Shown: positions 19,909-29,165 of the stretch, in pieces
Position numbering within the stretch: the first letter of the stretch is position 1
Layout: each line of letters begins with the position of its first letter
Translations under genes and position numbers: made by a program
The notes under the pieces: model-generated
Database searches by the model: none
What the model was told of the DNA's origin: nothing
The model's input: only the letters and a program-made list of their open reading frames with translations
From: Myxococcota bacterium
GTDB taxonomy: Bacteria > Myxococcota_A > UBA796 > CAJQPC01
Length of the DNA stretch: 64,000 nt
NCBI GenBank assembly: GCA_036229005.1
Contig: JAZAMN010000020.1
Coordinates: 128,001-192,000 of the forward strand
Direction of reading: 5' to 3'

Positions 19909-20146
19909 GCGCAAGTGGGGGTGAACGCAACGGGTGGCCGCGCAAGTGGGGGTGAACGCAACGGGCGGCTGCGCAAGTGGGGGTGAGTGCAACGGGCGGC
20001 TGCGCAAGTGGGGGTGAGTGCAACGAGTGTCGGCTCGGGAGGTCGGTTTTGAGCCTTCGGTGTTGCGTTCGCGGGGACTTGCGCGGGGTGGTGTTGTGTT
20101 CGCGGGGGCTTGCGCGGGGTGGTGTTGCGTTCAGAGGGACTTGCGC
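19909..20146. repeat. 31-bp-period array A: 4 direct + 3 inverted copies of GCGCAAGT-N6-GARYGCAAC
   Basis: Direct copies start at 19909, 19940, 19971, 20002; inverted copies at 20062, 20093, 20124. Confidence 0.9.
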
Positions 20147-20169
20147 AGTTGCCCCGACTGCAAGAGCAG

Positions 20170-20346
20170 CCGGCAGGACCTCGGGCCGAAGGCCCGGGGG
20201 GGCTCAGCCGCGGTCAGGGGGCCGAAGGTCCGCTGCGCGGCCGGGCCGAAGGCCCGCATCCGGGGGGTCTCCCCCCGGAGAGAACAACGCTGAACTGGTG
20301 GGCTTCTGGGCGCCCAAGGGCGCCCCAGAAGCCCACCAGTTCAGCG
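20170..20346 (-). repeat. Multi-hairpin dispersed element, divergent copy 3
   Basis: Minus strand: long hairpin over the stop codon (20288-20346), then TTGTTCTC-TCCGGGGGG-AGA-CCCCCCGGA-TGC...GCCCCCC-CGGGC-CTTCG-GCCCG-AG-GTCCTGCCGG; same block order as copies 1 and 2. Confidence 0.65.
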
Positions 20347-21288
20347 CGTGAGCTGCCGAAACACCTCTTCCAGGTTGCGCTGCTCACGGTGCAGCTCGAC
20401 GATCACAAACCCCAGCTTCACCGCCTGCTCGAACACCGCTGGGCGGAGCTCGCCGCTGCCGTGGAGCTGCAGGAAGCGCTGGCCGTCCAGCTCGGCGTGG
20501 CCAGGGACCAGCCGCACCTCGTCGATGCCACCGATCTCGCTCAGTGACTGCACCAAGCGCTCGATGGGTTGGACCACCTTGCCCGGGACCACCGACAAGT
20601 GCAGCACATCCCCCGCCGCGCTGCGCGTCACCTGCTCGGTGGGGCCGTCCGCCACGATGCGGCCCTCGTTGATGATCAGCACGCGGTCGCAGGAGGCCTG
20701 GACCTCGCCCAAAATGTGCGTGCTCAGGATGACCGTCTTGCGGCTGCCGATCTCCCGGATCAGCGCCCGGATGTCCATGATCTGGTTGGGGTCCAGGCCC
20801 GAGGTGGGCTCGTCCAGGATCAGGATGTCCGGGTCGTGCAGGATGGCCTGCGCGATGCCCACGCGCTGCTTGTAGCCCTTGGACAGCGTGCCGATGACCT
20901 GCTGGCGGCGCTCCCCCAGCCCGCAGCGCTCGATGGCGCGGTCCACGGCCTGGGCAGCCTCCGCGGCGGCCAGGCCCCGCACCCGGGCGACGAACTCCAG
21001 GTACTCCTGGACCCGCATCTCGGGGTAGACCGGGCTGGCCTCGGGCAGGTAGCCCAGGCGGGCGCGCGCCGCGACGGGGTCCTCCAGGACGTCGATGCCA
21101 GCGACCTTTGCGACCCCAGCGGTGGCCGTGATGAAGCCCGTGAGGATCTTCATGGTCGTGGACTTGCCCGCGCCGTTGGGCCCCAGAAAGCCGACCACCT
21201 GCCCCTTCTCGATGGTGAAGCTCACGCCCCCGAGCGCGGCGTGATCGCCGTAGCGCTTTTCCAAACCCTGAACCTCGACCACCGCCAT
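20341..21288 (-). CDS. ABC-2 ATP-binding protein (second GldA-like paralog)
   Basis: GPNGAGKST, LSKGYKQR, ILDEPTSGLDP, STH. Confidence 0.9.
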   Translation of the reverse strand: MAVVEVQGLEKRYGDHAALGGVSFTIEKGQVVGFLGPNGAGKSTTMKILTGFITATAGVAKVAGIDVLEDPVAARARLGYLPEASPVYPEMRVQEYLEFVARVRGLAAAEAAQAVDRAIERCGLGERRQQVIGTLSKGYKQRVGIAQAILHDPDILILDEPTSGLDPNQIMDIRALIREIGSRKTVILSTHILGEVQASCDRVLIINEGRIVADGPTEQVTRSAAGDVLHLSVVPGKVVQPIERLVQSLSEIGGIDEVRLVPGHAELDGQRFLQLHGSGELRPAVFEQAVKLGFVIVELHREQRNLEEVFRQLTR

Positions 21289-21358
21289 TCCGCGCTCCAG
21301 CTCCGCGCCCCCATAACCCAAGCACAGGCAGATAGAATGGCGGGGACGGGAGAGATTC

Positions 21359-22714
21359 ATGCACCTTGGAGAGCTGATCGCGCGCGGTCGGGCTCCGGCG
21401 CCCTACGCCGGCAGCGTCCGCCTCTCACGCGTCCACGACCCCGCCGCGCTGACCGGCCTGCCCGTCGCCGCCATCCTGCTCCACGACACGCACCCCCAGC
21501 GCGCCCAGGTCTTGGCCGACGCCACCGTCCCCGTCGTGGTGTGCAGCCCCAGCCCCAACGTGGCCGAGGCCGTCGCCATGGTGCGCGCTGGCGCCGCCGA
21601 CTACGTCCCGGTGCAGGAGGGCCTGCGGGCCGCCAGGACCGCCGTCTACAACGCCCGCCGGGACCCCTGCGCTCTGGAGGCCCTGGCCCTGAGCCAGGCC
21701 GCCACCCTAGACCACGAGCGCCTGGAGCGCATCGGGAACCTGAGCTGGGGCCTGTCCCACGAGATCCTCAACCCCGCGACCTTCATCTCCGCCAACCTCG
21801 AAGAGCTGCGCGCCTGCATCGAGGACCTGCGCCCCCTGCTCAACTACGCCACGGACATCGCCTGGCTCAAGGGCGACCCCGCCCGCCTGGAGCTGCTCAA
21901 GTCCCAGGCCCGCTTCCCCCAGGTCCTCAGCGAGATGGGCGAGCTGCTCGACGAGGGCCAGCAGGGCCTGAGCCGCATCCGCAACATCGTCGGGGACCTG
22001 CGCAGCTTCGGCCCCGACCACCGCGACAGCCAGGACATCGACCTGCGCCGCCTGCTCGAGCGCCTGCTGGGCCTCTCGCGCCCCCAGCTCCAGGGCATCC
22101 GCATCCAGGAGGACATCCGGCGCGTTCCCCCCGTCCACGCCAGCCCGGCCCGCATCGCGGCGCTGCTCTCCCACCTGCTCGCGACCATCGCGCGGCGCTC
22201 GGTGCAGCCCGGCCCCCGCGGCCTGCAGGTCCTCTGCCAGCAGGAGGGCGCCCACGTGGTCCTGCGCATGTGGGACTCGGCCCCCCTGACCCCGGACAGC
22301 GGCAGCGTGAACCTCGCGCGGCCCAACCTGGGCGTCGCCTTCGGCCAGCAAGTCGTCTCCGAGCTGGGCGGCGAGCTCTCCCTGGAGGACGCCGACCCCG
22401 GCCTGCTCATCACCCTGCGCCTGCCCGTGGTCGAGCCCCACGAGCGCACGGATCCCGGACAGAGTACGCCCGACCTCGCTGGCGCCCGGATCGCTGTGTT
22501 TGCGCCGGAGCCCCGGGCGGCCAGACGGTGGGCCCAGATCCTGCGCTGCGAGCAGCTTCACCTCCTCCCCGACCTGGAGAGCGCGCGCGGCTTCAAGGCT
22601 CAGGTCGACCTGCGGCTGTCTCTGGGGGAGGAGCTCCCGGGCCCCGAGTGGCTCCAGGGCTCACCCTCCGGGCCCGATCTGGCGCGGATCACAGCACTGC
22701 TGACCCGTAGATGA
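21359..22714 (+). CDS. Atypical histidine-kinase-like protein (partial REC, HisKA, degenerate HATPase)
   Basis: AVAMVRAGAADYV (REC C-terminus); LERIGNLSWGLSHEILNP H-box; N/G boxes degenerate. Confidence 0.7.
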   Translation: MHLGELIARGRAPAPYAGSVRLSRVHDPAALTGLPVAAILLHDTHPQRAQVLADATVPVVVCSPSPNVAEAVAMVRAGAADYVPVQEGLRAARTAVYNARRDPCALEALALSQAATLDHERLERIGNLSWGLSHEILNPATFISANLEELRACIEDLRPLLNYATDIAWLKGDPARLELLKSQARFPQVLSEMGELLDEGQQGLSRIRNIVGDLRSFGPDHRDSQDIDLRRLLERLLGLSRPQLQGIRIQEDIRRVPPVHASPARIAALLSHLLATIARRSVQPGPRGLQVLCQQEGAHVVLRMWDSAPLTPDSGSVNLARPNLGVAFGQQVVSELGGELSLEDADPGLLITLRLPVVEPHERTDPGQSTPDLAGARIAVFAPEPRAARRWAQILRCEQLHLLPDLESARGFKAQVDLRLSLGEELPGPEWLQGSPSGPDLARITALLTRR

Positions 22715-22766
22715 CGCGAGGTGCGGCGGGGTGGACTACATTGGGCGCCCGACGGAGAGCCTTGTG

Positions 22767-23522
22767 ATGTTCCTTCTGACCCTGCTGGCCTGTGGCAACG
22801 AGTACCTGGAGATCGACGCGGTGGACACCGGGTCCGTGGCCGACGAGCAGGAAGAGGACCTGGCCCAGTGGGATGACGCCGAGCTGATCGTGCTGAGCCC
22901 CGAGAGCGCCAGCTTCATCAGCATCGAAGAGGGCGGCGACTTCTCCGCACAGATCGTCGACGCCGAGGGCAACGTCCTGGAGTTCGACGAGATCCAGTGG
23001 ACCCTGGTCCAGGAGAGCGGCTGGGACGCCACCGGCGCCCAGTTCACCGACACCCTGCCCGTCGGCACCCACGACATCCGCGCCAAGGCCGAGCTGCCCA
23101 ACGGCGACCGCGTCTCCTACACCGTCGGCGGCGTCCTCTCCCAGTCCGTCTACGCCGGGACCTACGCCGGGAACCTGGTCGTGGACCTGATCAGCGACCA
23201 GTTCAGCACCGCCTGCTCCGGCGCGGCCACCGCCACCGTGCAGCCCGACGGCGAGGTCGTCTTGGGCGAGGCCAACTGCTTCCTGAGCTTCCAGGGCTTC
23301 GACATCGACGGCGTCTACGAGATCGACGCCGGCAACGACCTGGGCGAGGTGGAGGGCCAGATCGCGCTCGACGTCTTCGGCTTCCAGGTGCCCCTGGATC
23401 TGGAGGGCAGCGTCAGCGAGGGCGGCACCCTGACCGGCACCTTCACCGGCGACCTGCTGGGCTACGCCGAGGTGCAGGGCACCCTGGAGCTGGAGCGCGT
23501 CACGCGTGAGGTCGGGGGCTGA
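22767..23522 (+). CDS. Acidic beta-rich lipoprotein
   Basis: MFLLTLLAC lipobox; RBS GGAGAG. Confidence 0.75.
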   Translation: MFLLTLLACGNEYLEIDAVDTGSVADEQEEDLAQWDDAELIVLSPESASFISIEEGGDFSAQIVDAEGNVLEFDEIQWTLVQESGWDATGAQFTDTLPVGTHDIRAKAELPNGDRVSYTVGGVLSQSVYAGTYAGNLVVDLISDQFSTACSGAATATVQPDGEVVLGEANCFLSFQGFDIDGVYEIDAGNDLGEVEGQIALDVFGFQVPLDLEGSVSEGGTLTGTFTGDLLGYAEVQGTLELERVTREVGG

Positions 23523-23638
23523 GGCCATCCCTCGGGGCTCCGTCCAAACCAGCTCCGGCCACCGCCCTCAAGGCGACCGTTGAGCCCTCTGTGGGCGCCA
23601 CCGGAGTCAAACCGGGACCTCCCGCGCCGCAGGAGCGT

Positions 23639-23936
23639 GGCCACGGGCCCCGAGTGAGCGCCCAGCAGTGGCTACGCGGTCTGAATGAGCGCTGCACTGA
23701 GGCTACGCCGACTCAGTGAGCGATCGGGCCACCGATCCGGCGTCTCGCGGCCGCAGATCTGCCGATTTGGCCCCGATCTGGAAGAGTTCAGGGCCAATTG
23801 GGGCTTCACCGGTGGCAAAAGCGCTCACCGGTGGGGCGTAGCCTCAAGAAGTCGCTCATTCGGAGGCCGTAGCCTCAAGGGTGCGCTCATTCGGAGGCCG
23901 TAGCCTCAAGAAGTCGCTCATTCGGAGGCCGTAGCC
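23639..23936. repeat. 31-bp-period array B: 3 direct + 4 inverted copies of GGCTACG-N7-ARTGAGCG
   Basis: Direct copies at 23639, 23670, 23701; inverted copies at 23822, 23853, 23884, 23915. Confidence 0.9.
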
Positions 23937-23986
23937 CGCCTCAGCGCCGACTCCACCACACCAGGCCCTCCTCCGCGGCCCCTGGG

Positions 23987-24406
23987 TCAGTCCTTCAACA
24001 GGCGGACAGGGCAGCCCAGAGGCTCGTAGTCGACCGTGAGCTCGTCCCCGACCTTGGTCCAGCTCTCCTGGGACAGGATGCAGCGCTCAGGGGGCGGACC
24101 GGACACAGGGATGCAGCTCATGTCCAGGCTGTAGTAGATGGCGGTGATGTCGGAGCGATGCGCCACGCGGTTCCACTCCAGGGTGGGGTATTCGCGCATG
24201 GAGACTGGCGTCTCTCCACAGCTCCCGTCCAGCTCCAACGTCGTAAACGACCGCCGGCGCTCACTGACCAGGGGCACCGACACGAACATCTCGCCAGTGC
24301 AGGTCTCCTCCCCTTCCTCGAGCGCGCTCTCGCAGTCGAACTCCCCCCAGTAGGTCCCGGGCAGGTCCCTTCGCATGCAGCCCATCGTTGCCAGCAGAAT
24401 CAGCAT
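23987..24406 (-). CDS. Small Cys-containing putative lipoprotein
   Basis: MLILLATMGC after GGAGGGGAG RBS. Confidence 0.6.
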   Translation of the reverse strand: MLILLATMGCMRRDLPGTYWGEFDCESALEEGEETCTGEMFVSVPLVSERRRSFTTLELDGSCGETPVSMREYPTLEWNRVAHRSDITAIYYSLDMSCIPVSGPPPERCILSQESWTKVGDELTVDYEPLGCPVRLLKD

Positions 24407-24460
24407 CTCCCCTCCACTCCGGGAGAACAGCGCTAACACCCCCGTCAACGGGACGCCGGA

Positions 24461-24865
24461 TCACTCCCCCCGAACCAGGCTCTCCTCCACGGCCGCCTGA
24501 AACGCCAGGATCCGCTTGGCGTTCGCCCCCAGATCCCCCTTGCCCACCCGGCTCGCGCTGCGCACCTTGAGCACGGTCACCGTCGGGCCGAGGGGCTCCA
24601 CCCAGATCTGCACGTCGTCGACAAAGCCCAAGGTCGGGGTCACCGCCTCGCAGTGGTAGTGCATGGGCTCGGGCACGCTGCAGTTCTGCCAGCCGGGCAT
24701 CTCGTCGGCCACGGCCTTGGCGCGCCGCATGACCGCGCCGGGAGGCTCCACAAAGCGCTGGGCCTTCACCTCGGGGTACTCGGGGGTCTCGCCCGTGGTG
24801 ACCTCGTTGATGCTCAGCCCGCGGCAGCCCAGGGTCAGGGACAAGAGGGTCAGGAGGTGGGTCAC
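24461..24865 (-). CDS. DUF1499-like lipoprotein
   Basis: GTG start overlaps the aldolase stop; INEVTT, TPTLGFVDDV, VRSASRVGKGDLGANAKRI. Confidence 0.85.
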   Translation of the reverse strand: MTHLLTLLSLTLGCRGLSINEVTTGETPEYPEVKAQRFVEPPGAVMRRAKAVADEMPGWQNCSVPEPMHYHCEAVTPTLGFVDDVQIWVEPLGPTVTVLKVRSASRVGKGDLGANAKRILAFQAAVEESLVRGE

Positions 24866-25674
24866 GAACCCTTCCCCAACACCGCCATCAGCTCCTCCAT
24901 CACAATCCCCTTCAGATCGACCGCAGGCGAGGACACCGGACCACCGCACGAGTGCTCGGCCTCGCACAGGCAGCCCGCGGGCAGGTCGGCCCCAGGGGCG
25001 TCGGCGCGCGCGACGGACTCGGGGGGCCCGCCGTAGCGCTTGAGGCCCATGCTGCGCAGGTGCACGGCCTCGTCGGGGGGCAGGTGCTTGGCGCCGCCCA
25101 TGGTCTGCGCGGCCTGGAGGATCTTGGCGGTGTGCTCCAGCGTCTCCATCTTGCAGAAGGCGTCCAGCAGCGAGCTGCCCACGCTCAGGGCGCCGTGGCG
25201 GTCCATGAGCACGGCGTCGCGGCTGCGCACGTAGGGGCGCAAGGCCTCGGCCAGATCGCGCGTCCCGGTGGTCTGGTAGTCGACGGTGGGGACGGTGCCC
25301 AGGGTCAGGACGACCTCGGGCAGCACGCAGTCGGCCAGGCTGCGGTTGGCCAGGGTGAAGGCGATGGCCAGGGGCGGGTGGGCGTGGACGACGGCCTGGA
25401 TGTCGGGGCGCTCCTGGTAGCAGGCCAGGTGCATGGCCATCTCGGAGGTGGGCTTGCCGCGGCCCCGCACCTTGTTGCCCTTGGCGTCGATGACGACCAG
25501 GTGCTGATCCTCCAGCAGGCCCTTGTGGCAGCCGGCCTGGGTGCAGAGGATGTTGCCGTCGGGCAGGCGGCAGCTCAGGTTGCCGTCCATGGCCACGAGC
25601 AGGTGGCGCTCGTAGAGCAGGTGCCCGAACTGGAGCATCTGCTTTCGAAGGGTGCGCTCGGACTGCTGCTGCAC
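24862..25674 (-). CDS. Class II aldolase/adducin family protein (FucA-like)
   Basis: DGNLSCR, PTSEMAMHLACY, AVVHAHPP, LMDRHGAL, METLEHTA. Confidence 0.9.
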   Translation of the reverse strand: MQQQSERTLRKQMLQFGHLLYERHLLVAMDGNLSCRLPDGNILCTQAGCHKGLLEDQHLVVIDAKGNKVRGRGKPTSEMAMHLACYQERPDIQAVVHAHPPLAIAFTLANRSLADCVLPEVVLTLGTVPTVDYQTTGTRDLAEALRPYVRSRDAVLMDRHGALSVGSSLLDAFCKMETLEHTAKILQAAQTMGGAKHLPPDEAVHLRSMGLKRYGGPPESVARADAPGADLPAGCLCEAEHSCGGPVSSPAVDLKGIVMEELMAVLGKGS

Positions 25675-26625
25675 TCAGAACTCCGCTGCCTGGCGCAGGA
25701 TGCGCACGTTGTCTCGGCTGACCCGGGCGAGCTCCCGGGCCTGGAGGACCAGCCACTGCCGCTGCAGCGCGAGCCCTCGGGGGTCCCCCCTATCCAACCA
25801 CAGGGCGAGCTGGTCGCGGGAGACCACACGCAGGGTGCTGGGGGCGCTGGCCACCGCGCTGTGCAGGGCCGGCCCGCCATCGAGCATCGCGCTGAGCCCC
25901 AGCCAGTCGCCGGGGGCCACGGCGCGCGCCCAGGTGCAGGTGGCGCGGCGGTCCTGGACGTGCAGGCGCAGGGTGAGCGCGCCGGTCTCCAGGTTGAAGG
26001 CACCCCGCAGCACCTCGCTGGCGGAGAAGAGCCGCTGACCGGGCTCCAGGGCCACGGTCTCCAGAGCGGTGAGGTCCACCGGCTCCAGGGCCAAGGTCTC
26101 CTCCTCCGTAGCCGCAGGTGTCGTCGCGCCTTGGTCGTCAAGGCCCCACCCCAGCGCCTCCAGCAGCGCCCGCCCTCGGGGGTCCCCGGCCAGCCCCGGC
26201 AGCATCGCCAGGCCGTCCAGGTGTTGGTCCCGGAGCCGCCCCACCAGCACCCGTCCCAGCGCCGAGAGCAGCGAGCCCGCCCGGGGATCGCCCGCCTCCA
26301 GCAAGGCCTCCAGGTCCGAGCGCTCCACCCGCCAGACCTCGGAGGGCTCCGAGGCCACCACCGTCGCGCTGCGCGGCGCCCCCGTCAGCAGGCCCAGCTC
26401 GCCCACCGGAGCGCCCACCGGGATGTCCGCGATCACCACCTGCTGCCCCTTCGAGAGCACCGAGAGGCGTCCCCGCAGCAGCACGGCCAAGAAGGAGGAT
26501 GCCTCGCCCTCCTGCATCAGCGGGCTCCCCTCTCGGAGTGCCTGGACCCGCCCCACCTGGGCCAGGGATCTGCCCGCCGGCGAGGACAGGCTTGCAAAGA
26601 GCGCCGAGCGCAGCAGCCGCTCCAC
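25675..26625 (-). CDS. Tandem cyclic-nucleotide-binding domain protein
   Basis: GELGLLTGAPRSATVVA; second, degenerate repeat PGDWLGLSAMLDG. Confidence 0.8.
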   Translation of the reverse strand: MERLLRSALFASLSSPAGRSLAQVGRVQALREGSPLMQEGEASSFLAVLLRGRLSVLSKGQQVVIADIPVGAPVGELGLLTGAPRSATVVASEPSEVWRVERSDLEALLEAGDPRAGSLLSALGRVLVGRLRDQHLDGLAMLPGLAGDPRGRALLEALGWGLDDQGATTPAATEEETLALEPVDLTALETVALEPGQRLFSASEVLRGAFNLETGALTLRLHVQDRRATCTWARAVAPGDWLGLSAMLDGGPALHSAVASAPSTLRVVSRDQLALWLDRGDPRGLALQRQWLVLQARELARVSRDNVRILRQAAEF

Positions 26626-27621
26626 TCAAGCCTGCTCGTGCTTGCGCGCCCGCCCCAGCAGCGCAGCCATCGCCCGCTGGGGGTCCAGCCCCTCGTACAG
26701 GATCCGGTAGACCTGCTCGGTGATCGGCAGCTCCACGCCCAGCTTCTGGCCCAGGGCCCGCGCCGAGCGGGTGGTCACCACGCCCTCGGCCACCTGCCCC
26801 AGCTCCTCCAGCACCTGCTCCAGGGTCTGCCCGCGGCCCAGGGCCAGGCCCACCCGCCGGTTCCGGGACAGGTTGCCCGTGCAGGTCAGCACCAGATCGC
26901 CCATGCCGGCCAGCCCCGCGAAGGTCATGGGGTCGGCGCCCTTGGCCGCCCCCAGGCGCGTGATCTCGGCCAGCCCCCGCGTGATCAGCGCCGCCCGGGT
27001 GTTCAACCCCAGGCCCATGCCGTCCGCCATGCCCGTCGCGATGGCCATGACGTTCTTGATGGAGCCGCCGATCTCCACGCCCACCACGTCGTGCGAGTGG
27101 TACACGCGGAAGCTGCTGCCGTGGAAGGCGTCCGCGACCTTCTGGGTGGCCGCCGGGTCCGCGCCCGCCACCGTGACCGCCGTGGGCATGTCCTTGGCCA
27201 CCTCCGCCGCGAAGCTGGGCCCCGAGATCACGCAGCTCCGCCGGTCGCTCTCCAGGACCTGGGCCATGACCTCGTCCATGGTGAGCAGGGTGCCCTCCTC
27301 GATGCCCTTGGCGGCGCAGCAGAGGATCGCGTCGTCGGGGAGCTGCGGCCGCATCGCGCCCAGGGCCTCGCGGAGCTGCTGGGAGGGGATGGCCAGCACC
27401 ACCAGCTCCGCGCCCTCCAGCGCCCAGCCCGCATCCGAGGTCACGGTGACCCCGTCCGGCAGCCGGTGGTCGGGCAGGTAGCGGCGGTTCACGCGCTCCC
27501 GCTGGGTCGAGGCCGCGCGCTCCGGCTTGCGGTCCCACAAGCGCACGCTGTGTCCGCAGCGCGCGAGCTGCATCGCCAGGGCCGTCCCGAAGGAGCCCGA
27601 TCCCATCACAGTGCTCTGCAC
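26626..27621 (-). CDS. gpsA: NAD(P)H-dependent glycerol-3-phosphate dehydrogenase
   Basis: GSGSFGTALA, KGIE, SGPSFAAEV, KNVMAIATG, GDLVLTCTGNLSRN, AEGV. Confidence 0.95.
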   Translation of the reverse strand: MQSTVMGSGSFGTALAMQLARCGHSVRLWDRKPERAASTQRERVNRRYLPDHRLPDGVTVTSDAGWALEGAELVVLAIPSQQLREALGAMRPQLPDDAILCCAAKGIEEGTLLTMDEVMAQVLESDRRSCVISGPSFAAEVAKDMPTAVTVAGADPAATQKVADAFHGSSFRVYHSHDVVGVEIGGSIKNVMAIATGMADGMGLGLNTRAALITRGLAEITRLGAAKGADPMTFAGLAGMGDLVLTCTGNLSRNRRVGLALGRGQTLEQVLEELGQVAEGVVTTRSARALGQKLGVELPITEQVYRILYEGLDPQRAMAALLGRARKHEQA

Positions 27622-29103
27622 TCAAGCCTCCCGAAAGTCGGAGAAGTAGTCGATGCGCCGCCGATCCACGCTGGCCGGCCGCGTGCGCGGGCGCGCCCAC
27701 TCCCGCAGCTCCTTGAGGCGGTCGTCCATGGTCACGGCCAGGGGGACGGTGTCCCGGATCACCCGCGTCAGGTCGCGCTCCGTGAGCTCCCGGCCCTCGG
27801 CGAAGGCGTTGAACAGCGCCTCGACCACCACCTGCTCCAGCTCCGCGCCGGAGTACTTCTCCGTCTCCTCGGCCGCCTGGTAGAGGTCGTAGTCGGCGGG
27901 GTCCCGGCCCCGGCCGCGCAGGTGGATCTCCAGGATCGACAGGCGCTCGTGCACGCTGGGCAGATCCACAAAGAAGATCTCGTCGAACCTGCCCTTTCGC
28001 AGAAGCTCAGGGGGCAGCATCCGCACCTCGTTCGCGGTCGCGACCACAAAGACGGGCGCGGTCTTCTCCTGCAGCCAGGTGAGGAAGGTGCCGAAAGCGG
28101 CTCCCCCCGTCCCTCCCTCGAAGCCCTTCTCCAGCTCGTCGATCCAGAGCACGGCCGGCGCGATGGACTCGGCGATGCGGATGGTGTCCCGCAGCCCCTC
28201 TTCGACCCGGCCCCCCGCCTGGAAGACCGCGCCCACATCCAAGCGCAGCAGCGGGATCTGGAAGCTGCCCGCGACCGCCTTGGCCATCAGCGACTTTCCA
28301 CAGCCCTGCACGCCCAGCAGGAACACGCCCTTGGGCTCGGGCAGGCCAAAGTCCCGGGCGTCCTGACCGAAGGCCTTGCCTCGGCGCTCCAGCCACAGCT
28401 TGAGCTCGGAGAGCCCGCCCACCGAGCCCATGTCGCCCACCCGCTCGTAGAACTCCAGGAAGCGGGAGCGGCGGATCGCCTGACGCTTGGCCTCGGCCAG
28501 CTCCTGCAGCGCCGACTCGTCAAAGCGGCCGCCGTCCAGCAGGATGCGCGTGTAGCTGCGCTTGATCTCCTTCTCGGTGAGCCCCAGCGACGACTTCACG
28601 ATCCGCTCGGCGCGCTCCGGGGGCACCGGGATCCCCTGCTGCTTGAGCAGCACGCTCAGCAGGCGCGCGACCTCCTCCCGACCGGGCAGGGGCACGTCCA
28701 GGAGCATCAGGTCCTTCTCCAGGGCCTGGGGCACGCTCAGGGTCGGGGACAGGAAGAGGAGGGACTGTTCACGCGCTCCCAGCTTTGGCTCCAGATCCCT
28801 GAGCAGGCGGACCACCCTCGGACTGCGCAGGGACTCCCCGGCATCGACGAGGACAACGAGTCCCGCTTGGGTCAGCGCCTGCCCGATGTGCCCCAGCGCG
28901 GCCTCGAGCGCCTGGGTGTCGGGCACCACCACGCCGCCTTGCTCCAGGCCCGTGGTCGCCCGCCAGCGCCACAGCTCCAGCTTCTGCTCGCGGGCAGATC
29001 GGGCCAGGGCCCGCTCGACGCGGGCCTCTTCGTAGGAGAGCAACCCCACCAGCGGGTTGCGCGAGCGGCGCAGCAGGTGCACGCGATCCAGGAGCGCTTT
29101 CAT
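27622..29103 (-). CDS. AAA+ ATPase (Ycf46-like)
   Basis: [47 protein letters not shown]; start placed at the ATG following TACTCT-N6. Confidence 0.9.
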   Translation of the reverse strand: MKALLDRVHLLRRSRNPLVGLLSYEEARVERALARSAREQKLELWRWRATTGLEQGGVVVPDTQALEAALGHIGQALTQAGLVVLVDAGESLRSPRVVRLLRDLEPKLGAREQSLLFLSPTLSVPQALEKDLMLLDVPLPGREEVARLLSVLLKQQGIPVPPERAERIVKSSLGLTEKEIKRSYTRILLDGGRFDESALQELAEAKRQAIRRSRFLEFYERVGDMGSVGGLSELKLWLERRGKAFGQDARDFGLPEPKGVFLLGVQGCGKSLMAKAVAGSFQIPLLRLDVGAVFQAGGRVEEGLRDTIRIAESIAPAVLWIDELEKGFEGGTGGAAFGTFLTWLQEKTAPVFVVATANEVRMLPPELLRKGRFDEIFFVDLPSVHERLSILEIHLRGRGRDPADYDLYQAAEETEKYSGAELEQVVVEALFNAFAEGRELTERDLTRVIRDTVPLAVTMDDRLKELREWARPRTRPASVDRRRIDYFSDFREA

Positions 29104-29165
29104 GAACTGAGAGTACACCGGGATGGGCGCGGCGTTAGCATCCCCGCCACTCCCCGGAGACCGCC

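Noticed and set aside
19909..23936. 31-bp arrays as CRISPR or TIGR guide arrays
   Set aside because: Linkers are 6-9 nt and often identical between neighbours, half of the units are inverted, and there is no cas or Nop-domain gene in the window.
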